Part shown: positions 9,190 to 18,682 of the stretch, piece after piece
How positions within the stretch are numbered: position 1 is the stretch's first letter
How the letters are laid out: each line of letters opens with the position of its first letter
Source of the DNA: an uncultured Gammaproteobacteria bacterium
GTDB lineage: Bacteria > Patescibacteriota > Patescibacteriia > Magasanikbacterales > GWA2-37-8
Length of the DNA stretch: 64,000 nucleotides
Reading direction: 5' to 3'
Assembly: GCA_964514995.1 (NCBI GenBank)
Contig: CAZETA010000001.1
Location: forward strand, 15,148 to 79,147
The notes under the pieces: generated by a model
The model's input: the letters and a program-made list of their open reading frames with translations, nothing else
What the model was told of the DNA's origin: nothing
Database searches by the model: none
Translations under genes and position numbers: made by a program

Positions 9190-10362
9190 ATGACAGAAGA
9201 AAAAAACCAAAAAGAAGGCCAGGACTTCAAAAGTCTCCTCGCCTCTTATTCTCTTACCATCCCAAAAGTTGGGGATGTAGTAAAGTGTAAAATCATTTCG
9301 ATTGATAAAGGCGAGGTGCATGTTGATATCGAAGGACTTACTGTAGGTGTCGTTCGAGGTCGTGAACTTTTCGCTGAGTCAAAAGAATACATGAACCTAA
9401 AGGTTACTGACGAAGTAGAGGCCACTGTATTAGATTTGGAAAACGAAAACGGCGAGATGGAATTATCATTCCGCATAGCGGGTTATCAGCGCGCTTGGAA
9501 CAATGTTAAGAAATGGATGCAGGATAATGTTACGATCAAGGGCAAGGTATTGGCTGCGAACAAGGGTGGGCTTATGATGCAGGTAGAAGGCCTGGCTGGT
9601 TTTATGCCGGTATCTCAGCTCAATCCTGATCATTATCCACGCGTTATGGGCGGAGATAAGAATCGTATTTTAGAAAAGTTGCGCGAACTTATCAATAAAG
9701 AACTGGAAGTGAAGGTAATTGATGTTAATGAAAAAGAAGAAAAATTAATCGTTTCTGAAAAAGCTGTTTGGGAAGATGCTCAGAAGACGGTGCTTGAGTC
9801 CTATAAAGTGGGCGATACTATCGAAGGTGAAGTGAGCGCGCTTACTTCCTTTGGCGCTTTTGTGAAGTTTGGCCAGGATTTGGAAGGTCTCGTTCATATT
9901 TCTGAGATTGCATGGCAGCGTATTGATCACCCGAAAGATATTTTGAAGGTTGGCGACAAGGTTAAGGCTCAAATTATTCAATTAGACCGTTCAAAGATAT
10001 ATCTTTCCATCAAACGCTTAGTAGAGGATCCATGGAAGACTGTGAAAGATAAATATAAGGTTGGCGACAAAGTGAATGGAAAGATTTTGAAGATTGAAGC
10101 GTTTGGCCTTATGGTTGCGCTCGATAAAGATATTCATGGTCTAGCCCATATCTCCGAATTGGCTGATGAAGGTATCAGTAATATCAATGAAAAGTTTAAG
10201 CTTGGCCAGGTAACTGAATTTGAGATTGTTTCTCTGGAACCGCCGGAGCACCGTCTCGGATTACGACTCTTCGGGGTCAAAGGCAAGAAGAAAGCGGCAG
10301 CTGTCGCAATGGAAGCCAAAGAAGATAAGAAAGCCGAAGAAAAAGCCAATACAGCAGAATAA
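9190..10362 (+). CDS. rpsA: 30S ribosomal protein S1 (four S1 domains)
   Basis: Repeated S1 OB-folds (NKGGL..GFMP.SQL; FGAFV..EGLVHISEIAW; GLAHISEL). Confidence 0.93.
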   Translation: MTEEKNQKEGQDFKSLLASYSLTIPKVGDVVKCKIISIDKGEVHVDIEGLTVGVVRGRELFAESKEYMNLKVTDEVEATVLDLENENGEMELSFRIAGYQRAWNNVKKWMQDNVTIKGKVLAANKGGLMMQVEGLAGFMPVSQLNPDHYPRVMGGDKNRILEKLRELINKELEVKVIDVNEKEEKLIVSEKAVWEDAQKTVLESYKVGDTIEGEVSALTSFGAFVKFGQDLEGLVHISEIAWQRIDHPKDILKVGDKVKAQIIQLDRSKIYLSIKRLVEDPWKTVKDKYKVGDKVNGKILKIEAFGLMVALDKDIHGLAHISELADEGISNINEKFKLGQVTEFEIVSLEPPEHRLGLRLFGVKGKKKAAAVAMEAKEDKKAEEKANTAE

Positions 10363-10368
10363 GTATCC

Positions 10369-10395
10369 AAGCCCCCCGCAGTTGCGAGGGGCTTT
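10369..10395 (+). terminator. Intrinsic terminator
   Basis: AAGCCCCCCGCA-gt-TGCGAGGGGCTTT hairpin. Confidence 0.65.
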
Positions 10396-10468
10396 GTATA
10401 TAGCTTGCTTTTATATCGAAAAATTGCTAATATTTACTGATATAATTCAGGTTTATTATTGAATATAT

Positions 10469-12304
10469 ATGAGAAATCTTTTAAAAAACTTTGCCATTAT
10501 TTTTGTGTCATTGTTGGTGGTAGGCGCAGTTTGGGGGTATGTCAAATCTGAAAAAAGTAAAAGTCCGGAAGTGGTCTCTATCAGCAAGATGGTTGAAGAG
10601 ATTAAAGCCGGCCAGGTGAAAACGGTAACAGTCAAAGGGAATGTCTTGAATATAGCGCTCAAGGATGAAAATGCTCGATCGCAGCAAGTGACTAAAGAGC
10701 CGAATGCAACCTTTGACGAATTGGCTAAGAATTACGGCATCAGCCCAGAACAGCTGACTGTGTTGGGGGTGGAAGTAAAAGACGATACCTCTTGGAAATT
10801 CTGGGTTGGCAATCTGTTACCTATATTATTACCCCTTATTATTTTTATCTTATTTTTCTATTTCATGACTCGCGGCGTGCAAGGCATGAACAATAAAGCT
10901 ATGGGTTTTGGACAGAGTAACCCGCGGCAAGTAAATCCGGATGATAAAAACAAAAAAACATTTATTGATGTGGCCGGAGCTAAGGAAGCGAAACAAGAAC
11001 TGGTTGAGATTGTCGATTTCCTCAAAGATCCAAAGAAGTTTACCGATATGGGCGCCAAGATTCCTAAAGGCGTATTATTGGTCGGTGGTCCTGGTACCGG
11101 GAAAACATTACTTGCTAAAGCCGTAGCTGGAGAGGCGAATGTACCATTTTTTAACATGTCTGGTTCTGAGTTTGTAGAGATGTTTGTAGGTGTTGGCGCT
11201 TCCAGAGTTCGGGATCTTTTCAATAAAGCAAAGAAGGATGCTCCCGCTATTGTGTTTATCGATGAGATAGACGCAGTCGGACGGCGTCGCGGTGCCGGAC
11301 TTGGCGGCGGACATGACGAGCGCGAGCAGACACTCAATCAGATTTTGGTGGAAATGGATGGTTTTGATCCGAACCTGGGCGTGATTGTGATAGCTGCGAC
11401 GAATCGCCCCGATGTCCTTGATCCGGCTTTGCTTCGTCCGGGTCGTTTTGATCGCCGTGTGACGCTTGATTTGCCTGATATTGCAGACCGAGAAGAAATT
11501 CTTGGTATCCACGCTAAAAATAAACCCCTAGAAGAAAATGTTTCTCTTCGTAAGGTTGCAGAACGAACTCCGGGGTTTTCCGGTGCTGATTTGGCGAACT
11601 TGTTAAACGAAGCTGCTATCCTCACTGTTCGTCGCGGTAAGAAGAAAGTCGGTGAAATAGAAATTTTAGAAAGCATTGAAAAGGTTTTGCTTGGTCCGGA
11701 GAGAAAAAATAGAATTATTAGCGATCAAGAAAAGAAGATGACTGCCTATCATGAGGCAGGCCACGCTATTGTCGGTCACTATCTGGCTCATGGAGATCCG
11801 GTGCGTAAAGTCTCTGTTATTTCTCGCGGTCAGGCTGGCGGGTATACGCTCAAAATGCCAACCGAAGATAAGCATTATCATACACTGGCTGAGTTCAGAG
11901 ATGAGCTTGCTATGATGATGGGTGGCTATGTCGTAGAAAAAATGATTTTTGGCGACCACATGCTTTCCACCGGACCTTCTTCAGATATTAGTAAAGCCAC
12001 CAAAGTAGCTCGCGATATGGTGGCTCGGTACGGTATGAGCAGTATTGGACCGCGTACGTTTGGTGAACCTCAAGAAGCGGTATTTTTAGGAGGCAGGGAT
12101 ATGGCAGACCAGCGAGATTATAGCGAGAAGACTGCTGAAGCGATAGACGCCGCAGTCGCCAGCTTCTTAGCTGAAGCTGAAAAAAGAGCTCAGGAAGTTC
12201 TGCAGGCTCATCGTCCGCAGATGGAAGAAATGGTGAAAGAGTTGATGGAGAAAGAAACTATTGAGCAAGAAGATGTAGACCGGATTTTAGGACCGAGGGT
12301 CTAA
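10469..12304 (+). CDS. ftsH: ATP-dependent zinc metalloprotease FtsH
   Basis: Two TM segments, [28 protein letters not shown]. Confidence 0.97.
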   Translation: MRNLLKNFAIIFVSLLVVGAVWGYVKSEKSKSPEVVSISKMVEEIKAGQVKTVTVKGNVLNIALKDENARSQQVTKEPNATFDELAKNYGISPEQLTVLGVEVKDDTSWKFWVGNLLPILLPLIIFILFFYFMTRGVQGMNNKAMGFGQSNPRQVNPDDKNKKTFIDVAGAKEAKQELVEIVDFLKDPKKFTDMGAKIPKGVLLVGGPGTGKTLLAKAVAGEANVPFFNMSGSEFVEMFVGVGASRVRDLFNKAKKDAPAIVFIDEIDAVGRRRGAGLGGGHDEREQTLNQILVEMDGFDPNLGVIVIAATNRPDVLDPALLRPGRFDRRVTLDLPDIADREEILGIHAKNKPLEENVSLRKVAERTPGFSGADLANLLNEAAILTVRRGKKKVGEIEILESIEKVLLGPERKNRIISDQEKKMTAYHEAGHAIVGHYLAHGDPVRKVSVISRGQAGGYTLKMPTEDKHYHTLAEFRDELAMMMGGYVVEKMIFGDHMLSTGPSSDISKATKVARDMVARYGMSSIGPRTFGEPQEAVFLGGRDMADQRDYSEKTAEAIDAAVASFLAEAEKRAQEVLQAHRPQMEEMVKELMEKETIEQEDVDRILGPRV

Positions 12305-12315
12305 CAACTGTTTAC

Positions 12316-12342
12316 AAAAGCTCCCCGATAGGGGAGCTTTTT
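12316..12342 (+). terminator. Intrinsic terminator
   Basis: AAAAGCTCCCC-gata-GGGGAGCTTTTT. Confidence 0.85.
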
Positions 12343-12453
12343 GTTTGCGGCTAAGGTATGATATAATATCTTAGAATTTAAGAGTTGTAACGCTGTCTTG
12401 TAATATGCAGCAATGTCAAATGTTTAAGTTTTAAATCACCAGCCTTATTTTCT

Positions 12454-13422
12454 ATGAAAGAGCCAACCTACCGTCAAACACTTGTCCATGCCTGGGGAGC
12501 GGTGTGGCACAATAAGATATTGTGGATTCTCGGATTATTGTCTGTATTTTTGGGCCAACTGGGCTTTAGTAATATTTTTGGCAAAGTGTGGTCAATGCTT
12601 GATGCTTCAGATTTAGCTACTGAAAACATACATTTGCTATCATCCTTTAACGTCAGTATTCCTGTTGATGTGCCTAATATCCTGGGTATAGTTTGGCTTG
12701 CTATTATTTGTATTTCTATAGCAGTTCTAGTTGTTTTTTTAGCCACTACTTCTCAGGGCGCTTTAATTTCCTATGCAGCTGATTGGTTTAAAACTCGCAA
12801 GCATAAAGAGCTCGATAAATCATGGCATAATGGCGTTAAACATTTTTGGGTTATTTTACTTGTAAATGTCGTGCGGCAGTCAATTTTATTTGGACTGTTG
12901 CCTGTTTTTATATTTATCGCCGGTCGCTTTTTTGCCTCACAGTCATGGTTGCAAGGATTATTGTTCGCAATCGTCTTGGTTTTGCTGATGCTGGTATCCT
13001 TATTTCTTTCTGTGTTTTCGATATATGTTCTTTGTTATGTTTTACTGGACGGCAAAGGTCTGGCGAGATCGCTTAAAAAAGCCTGGTCATTGTTGTCCGG
13101 TCACGTTTTGGTTTCTTTAGAAGTGGGAGCGGTGCTTGTGGCGTTAAATTTATTATTAGTAGCGGTAATAATCGGCGGATCGTTTTTCGCTTTTTTGCCC
13201 TCTGCTTTTATTTGGGTTGCGGCAGGAATAACAAACTCTATGTCGTTGGCTGTGGTAGGGCTAATTTTTGGAGTATTTCTGGGATTATTGTTTATTGTCT
13301 TGGCAGCAGGATTATTTAATGCATACACGACAAGCGCTTGGGTTTTTTTATTTATAAAAATGCATAAAGAGGGGATATCCAGTCGTATGATTCACTGGGT
13401 AAAATATATGTTCGGCAGATAA
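12454..13422 (+). CDS. Polytopic membrane protein, function unknown
   Basis: 322-aa ORF with several hydrophobic helices. Confidence 0.75.
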   Translation: MKEPTYRQTLVHAWGAVWHNKILWILGLLSVFLGQLGFSNIFGKVWSMLDASDLATENIHLLSSFNVSIPVDVPNILGIVWLAIICISIAVLVVFLATTSQGALISYAADWFKTRKHKELDKSWHNGVKHFWVILLVNVVRQSILFGLLPVFIFIAGRFFASQSWLQGLLFAIVLVLLMLVSLFLSVFSIYVLCYVLLDGKGLARSLKKAWSLLSGHVLVSLEVGAVLVALNLLLVAVIIGGSFFAFLPSAFIWVAAGITNSMSLAVVGLIFGVFLGLLFIVLAAGLFNAYTTSAWVFLFIKMHKEGISSRMIHWVKYMFGR

Positions 13423-13434
13423 TCTATCTTGGAT

Positions 13435-15165
13435 ATGAGCGATTTTCCTTCTATTAACAATTTGCTGAATAAATCCGGTAAAAAATCCGGCAGCAATAAC
13501 ATCACTGTCTCAGCGCCTGATGATACAGCAGAAGAGAAGTTTGATAAAAAGATTCTGGCCATGGATCTGAAGAATAAAGAAGAGCTCGCTGCCAAACAGG
13601 CGGCTTCTTTGGGTGTACCATATATCGATCTCAGCAAATTTCCAGTTGCAGCCGAAGCATTAAAAATTATCCCGCCCAAGCAAGCAGCCGAAGAGCGGGT
13701 GGTTTGTTTTTTTAACATGCCCGGAGAACTGCGGCTCGGTTGTGTCGACCTTACTGATCGCATCCAGGAAGTTGCCTATCAATTAGGTGAAAGACATCAC
13801 GCAACTACGCGGATATATCTGATTTCCCAGTACAGTTTCGATAAAGTTGTGAAACTGTATACGACATTGCCTTCAGTGAAGCCTGTTAATAAGGATATCA
13901 ATATTACTGACGAAGAGTTGGAAAAATTTAAGTCAGGCGTAGTTGATTTTAGGGGTTTAGAGCAGCAGTTTTTAGACGTTTCTATCAGTGATATTTTGAC
14001 ATTAATGATTGCTGCGGCTTTAAAGATGGAATCGTCTGATGTGCATATTGAAGCAGAAGAAAATGGCATCATGGTTCGTTATCGAATTGATGGTATTTTG
14101 CATGATGTGGCCACGTTGCCTAAGGAGCAATGGAAAAAATTTGTTTCTCGCATCAAGTTATTGGCCGCTCTAAAAATAAATGTCGACGATCGTCCGCAAG
14201 ATGGTCGAGTTACGATTCGACTATCTTCAGGAGGTCTTGACGTCCGCGTCTCGACCATGCCGACTATTTATGGAGAGAGTGTCGTGATGAGAATTTTACA
14301 TAGCGGCAACAAGGGAGTGACTTTTGACGAGCTAGGATTGCGCGGTGATGCATATATTAAATTAAAAAAAGAAGTGGAACGTCCAAACGGCATGATTATT
14401 ACGACCGGTCCGACCGGTTCAGGGAAAACCACAACCATGTATGCAATTTTAAATACTTTGAATAAGCCCGGGGTAAAGATTATTACTTTGGAAGATCCGG
14501 TAGAAATCAAAATTGATGGTATCAATCAAAGCCAAGTTGATGTCAGTCGTGAGTATACCTTTGCCAAAGGTTTGCGCAGTCTCCTGCGCCAGGATCCAGA
14601 TATTTGTTTGGTTGGTGAAATCCGTGATTTAGAAACTGCCGAAATAGCCATTCAGGCAGCCTTAACCGGTCATTTAATGCTATCCACTATTCATACTAAT
14701 AGCGCCTCGGGTACGATTCCACGATTTTTGTCTATGGGTGTAAAGCCTTTTTTGTTGGCACCTTCGCTTAATTCTGTCATTGGTCAGCGGTTGGTGCGTA
14801 AAATATGCGAATATTGCCAGGTTGAGGACGAGCTGAGTTCTGAACAGAAAGAGAAAGTTCTGCAGAATTTAGAAACATTGCCACAAAAGGAGAAGGACTT
14901 GGTTGATTTTAAAAAATTGATTTTTTATAAGGGTGAGGGGTGTAAAGAATGTAGCGGGTTAGGGTATAAAGGGAGGATCGGAATTTATGAGATTTTTATC
15001 ATGAATAAGGAATTGGAGCAAATTATTTTAGGGCCTCAAATTTCTGAGTATGTCGTTCAGGATTGGGCTACTAAAAATGGTATGGTGACGATGGTTCAGG
15101 ATGGCCTCCTTAAAGCTTTGGATAAAATTACGACAGTGGAAGAGGTGTTTAGAGTTATTGAGTAG
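13435..15165 (+). CDS. Type IV pilus / type II secretion ATPase (PilB/GspE family)
   Basis: SDVHIE, RYRIDGIL, PQDGR, TGPTGSGKTTT, TLEDPVE, LRQDPD, GEIRD, TIHTN, tetra-Cys Zn motif, GYKGRIG. Confidence 0.93.
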   Translation: MSDFPSINNLLNKSGKKSGSNNITVSAPDDTAEEKFDKKILAMDLKNKEELAAKQAASLGVPYIDLSKFPVAAEALKIIPPKQAAEERVVCFFNMPGELRLGCVDLTDRIQEVAYQLGERHHATTRIYLISQYSFDKVVKLYTTLPSVKPVNKDINITDEELEKFKSGVVDFRGLEQQFLDVSISDILTLMIAAALKMESSDVHIEAEENGIMVRYRIDGILHDVATLPKEQWKKFVSRIKLLAALKINVDDRPQDGRVTIRLSSGGLDVRVSTMPTIYGESVVMRILHSGNKGVTFDELGLRGDAYIKLKKEVERPNGMIITTGPTGSGKTTTMYAILNTLNKPGVKIITLEDPVEIKIDGINQSQVDVSREYTFAKGLRSLLRQDPDICLVGEIRDLETAEIAIQAALTGHLMLSTIHTNSASGTIPRFLSMGVKPFLLAPSLNSVIGQRLVRKICEYCQVEDELSSEQKEKVLQNLETLPQKEKDLVDFKKLIFYKGEGCKECSGLGYKGRIGIYEIFIMNKELEQIILGPQISEYVVQDWATKNGMVTMVQDGLLKALDKITTVEEVFRVIE

Positions 15166-15182
15166 GGATATTCTATGTCGTC

Positions 15183-15210
15183 AGAAGAGCTATTAAAATT
15201 AGCTCTTCTT
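15183..15210 (+). terminator. Hairpin / probable terminator
   Basis: AGAAGAGCTA...TAGCTCTTCT followed by T residues. Confidence 0.55.
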
Positions 15211-15241
15211 TGTTATAATTTGTCTAAATTAAGTTACCAAT

Positions 15242-17329
15242 ATGGATATACATAGCCCTATTTCCGCTCTCGGTAGTGTTGGCAAAAAGATATCAAAAAA
15301 ACTCGGGGCCGTGGGTCTCAAAACCGTCGCTGATTTGCTGTACTATTTTCCTTTTAGGTACGAAGATTATCGACTCGTAGTGCCTGTAAAACAGATGCAA
15401 GACGGCAATCTGGTAACAATCCGTGTGCAAGTAGAGTTGATAGCCAATAAACGCAGTTTCAAAAGTAAAAAAATGATTACCGAGGCTCTGGTGTCTGACG
15501 CGAGCGGCAGTGTCAGGGTGGTCTGGTTCAACCAACCCTTTATCATTAAAAATATAAAAATCGGCGATGTTATCTATCTGTCCGGTAAAGTTAAATCTGA
15601 TATGTTGGGGCCGCAGCTGGTTAGTCCCGCCTATGAAAAATATAAAAAAGAAACTGCTCATACAGCTCGACTCGTGCCAATTTATCCATTAACCCGTACG
15701 GTAACGCAAAAACAAGTTCGTTTTCTGATGGCTCAGGCTATGCCGCTCGCCATCTCGATGCCTGATTGGCTGCCGCCAGAAATTCTGGAAGCCGCAGATT
15801 TGCAGCCGCTGTCTGCAGCTCTACAAGGTATTCACTTTCCCGCCGATGATGCAAATGTGAAATTGAGCCAAGACCGGCTGAAGTTTGATGAACTGTTTTT
15901 AGTCCAACTGAAAGCCGAGCTGGCTAAACAGGGCAGGAGGGATTTTAAAGCCCCAATCCTTATCTTCCAAGAGGAGAAAGTAAAATCTTTTGTCAGTTCC
16001 CTGCCGTTTACGCTCACTAAATCACAAAAAATTTCAGCCTGGGAAATCCTCAAAGATATTAGTCAACCAGTGCCTATGAATCGCTTAGTTTCCGGGGATG
16101 TGGGTTCTGGCAAAACAGTCGTGGCTGCAATTAGTATGTATAATAGTTTTGTAAATAATTCACAATCTGTGTTAATGGCGCCTACAGAAATTTTAGCCTT
16201 TCAACACTACCAGTCATTATCCCGCTTATTTATCGGGCGAGGAATTACCGTCGGACTTTTGACGAGAAGCCAAATACAGACTTCTCAAGATGAAAAGATT
16301 GGTAAAAAAGATTTTATAGCCAAAGTACGTACAGGCGAAATACACGTGGTTATAGGCACCCATGCTTTACTTGGTCCGGAAGTGCAATTTAAAAATCTTG
16401 CCTTAGTAATTGTAGATGAGCAGCATCGTTTTGGGGTCGAGCAAAGAAAGTTTATAAAAACGAAAGGTCAAGGCGCGCACTTTTTAAGTATGACCGCCAC
16501 ACCTATCCCAAGATCGCTCGCTTTAATGATTTATGGCGATCTGGATATTTCAATTATCAATGAATTGCCGCCAGGTAGAAAAAAAATAATTACTAAGTTA
16601 GTGGAAGCGTTTAAGCGAGATAGAGCGTATCAATTTATTCGTGAACAAGTAGGACAGGGGAGGCAAGTGTTTGTCGTTTGTCCTTTAATTGAAGCAGAAG
16701 AGGAAAAATTGGAAAGCAGTGGACAAACTATGCTTATTCCAAGCTTGGATGACAAAAAATCGGTCTTAAGTGAGTATAAAAAATTATCCGAGAAAATTTT
16801 TCCTGATTTACGCGTAGGGTTCCTGCATGGCAAGATGAAAGGCGTTGAAAAAGAAACGGTAATGGCAAAATTTAAGTCCGGAGACTTGGATTTGCTAGTT
16901 TCAACATCGGTGATTGAGGTGGGGGTAGATATTCCAAACGCGAGTGTCATGATGATTGAAGGAGCGGAGAGTTTTGGCCTGGCTCAGTTGCATCAGTTCC
17001 GCGGTCGGGTGGGCAGATCTTCACATCAGTCGTATTGTTTACTGTTTACGAATTCAGACAGCAGTAAGTCCCTAGAGCGGTTACAGTTTTTTGAAAAAGA
17101 AAGTGACGGGTTTAAATTAGCGGAAAAAGATCTGGAAGTCCGAGGCCCTGGAGAAGTCTATGGCACGGAGCAAAGCGGCGAGATGGGGTTGCGGTTGGCT
17201 ACAGTTACAGACCGAGAGCTGATTAGGAAGGCTCGAGAAGCTGCGAAGAACGTTGTGCAAAATTTAAAAAAATATCCTCAGCTGCTAGCAAAGATAAAAA
17301 ATTGGAAAAAAGAAACTCATTTAGAGTAA
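15242..17329 (+). CDS. recG: ATP-dependent DNA helicase RecG
   Basis: DLLYYFPFRYED, wedge domain, GDVGSGKT, DEQHRFG, MTATPIPR, QLHQFRGRVGR, DLEVRGPGE. Confidence 0.96.
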   Translation: MDIHSPISALGSVGKKISKKLGAVGLKTVADLLYYFPFRYEDYRLVVPVKQMQDGNLVTIRVQVELIANKRSFKSKKMITEALVSDASGSVRVVWFNQPFIIKNIKIGDVIYLSGKVKSDMLGPQLVSPAYEKYKKETAHTARLVPIYPLTRTVTQKQVRFLMAQAMPLAISMPDWLPPEILEAADLQPLSAALQGIHFPADDANVKLSQDRLKFDELFLVQLKAELAKQGRRDFKAPILIFQEEKVKSFVSSLPFTLTKSQKISAWEILKDISQPVPMNRLVSGDVGSGKTVVAAISMYNSFVNNSQSVLMAPTEILAFQHYQSLSRLFIGRGITVGLLTRSQIQTSQDEKIGKKDFIAKVRTGEIHVVIGTHALLGPEVQFKNLALVIVDEQHRFGVEQRKFIKTKGQGAHFLSMTATPIPRSLALMIYGDLDISIINELPPGRKKIITKLVEAFKRDRAYQFIREQVGQGRQVFVVCPLIEAEEEKLESSGQTMLIPSLDDKKSVLSEYKKLSEKIFPDLRVGFLHGKMKGVEKETVMAKFKSGDLDLLVSTSVIEVGVDIPNASVMMIEGAESFGLAQLHQFRGRVGRSSHQSYCLLFTNSDSSKSLERLQFFEKESDGFKLAEKDLEVRGPGEVYGTEQSGEMGLRLATVTDRELIRKAREAAKNVVQNLKKYPQLLAKIKNWKKETHLE

Positions 17330-17331
17330 AT

Positions 17332-18681
17332 TTATTTTAAAACTTGCCCCACCAATTCTTTGACATTTTTTACCGGAGCAATTTTTAAATCAGATATTTT
17401 TGATAAATTCATGGCGTGCGGCACTATTGCAAATTTAAAACCCATTTTTTTAATTTCTTGTAATCTTTTTTCGGTTTGAGTTACCGGCCGTATTTCTCCG
17501 CCTAGACCCACTTCGCCAAAGGAAGCGATCTCTTTTGAGATGGTTTTATTTTTTAATGCTGAAGCTAGAGCGAGGATGACTGCGAGATCAGCCGCAGGTT
17601 CGGAGGCTTCTAAGCCACCGACCACGTTTAAAAATATATCGTAGGTATCAAGAGGTAAATCGGCGCGCTTGGCCAGTACGCCTACGAGGAGTTGTAGTCG
17701 ATTGAGATCAAAACCAGACGCTCGCCGTTGCGGGTAGCCAAAATTTGTTTTTGTTACGAGCGCTTGCACCTCTACCATAACCGAACGGCTGCCTTCCATC
17801 AAACAGGTCACCGTAGATCCGGGCACTGGTTCGCCACGTCCGGCCAAAAATACAGCTGAAGGATTTTTCACTTCTTGTAGGCCGTTCTGTTCCATAGCAA
17901 ATACACCGATTTCATCAGTAGCGCCGAAACGGTTTTTGGTAGTTCGTAAAATTCTAAAGAGGTGGTATTTATCACCTTCGAGGTAGAGGACTGCATCTAC
18001 CAGGTGCTCTAAGGTTTTTGGGCCGGCTACGGCACCATCTTTTGTCACTTGGCCGATGAGGACAATCGTTTTACCGCTTGTTTTCGCAGCTTCTAAGAGT
18101 TTAGTGGTACAGGCCTTAATCTGGGTGATAGTACCCGCCTCACCCTCAACCTCGGAGGTCTGGATAGTCTGAATAGAGTCTACCACCGCCAGTTTGCAAT
18201 CAGTATTTACCTTGATGGTTTCTATGATTTGTTCTACGTTGGTAGCGTTGCCTAATTTGAGAGCGCCAGCCGTAATTGCTAAGCGCTCCGCCCGTAATTT
18301 TATTTGTTCTACCGACTCTTCGCCGGAAATATATACGCAGTGGGGGAGGGTTGTTGCTAGCTGCAGGGCTAGGGTAGATTTACCGATCCCGGGTTCACCG
18401 CCCAATAAAATAAGAGATCCGGGTACTAGTCCGCCTCCCAAAACCCTGTCTAGTTCACCAATGTTTGTTTTAACGCGTGCGAATTTTTTATTATCTATAC
18501 TATTGAGATCTGTCAATTGCACAGAACCGTAAGCTGTTGTTTTTTGTCTTTTGTCTCTTTCTTCGTTTATGCCTTGTGCCTCAATCAGGGTGCCCCATTT
18601 TCCACACTCCAAACATCGGCCAGTCCATTTGGCGTATTGGGCATCACAGTTGCCGCAGACGAAGGAAGAATGTTTTGGCAT
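17332..18681 (-). CDS. radA: DNA repair protein RadA/Sms
   Basis: C4 zinc finger, GEPGIGKST, KNRFG motif, Lon-like C-terminus. Confidence 0.97.
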   Translation of the reverse strand: MPKHSSFVCGNCDAQYAKWTGRCLECGKWGTLIEAQGINEERDKRQKTTAYGSVQLTDLNSIDNKKFARVKTNIGELDRVLGGGLVPGSLILLGGEPGIGKSTLALQLATTLPHCVYISGEESVEQIKLRAERLAITAGALKLGNATNVEQIIETIKVNTDCKLAVVDSIQTIQTSEVEGEAGTITQIKACTTKLLEAAKTSGKTIVLIGQVTKDGAVAGPKTLEHLVDAVLYLEGDKYHLFRILRTTKNRFGATDEIGVFAMEQNGLQEVKNPSAVFLAGRGEPVPGSTVTCLMEGSRSVMVEVQALVTKTNFGYPQRRASGFDLNRLQLLVGVLAKRADLPLDTYDIFLNVVGGLEASEPAADLAVILALASALKNKTISKEIASFGEVGLGGEIRPVTQTEKRLQEIKKMGFKFAIVPHAMNLSKISDLKIAPVKNVKELVGQVLK

Positions 18682-18682
18682 A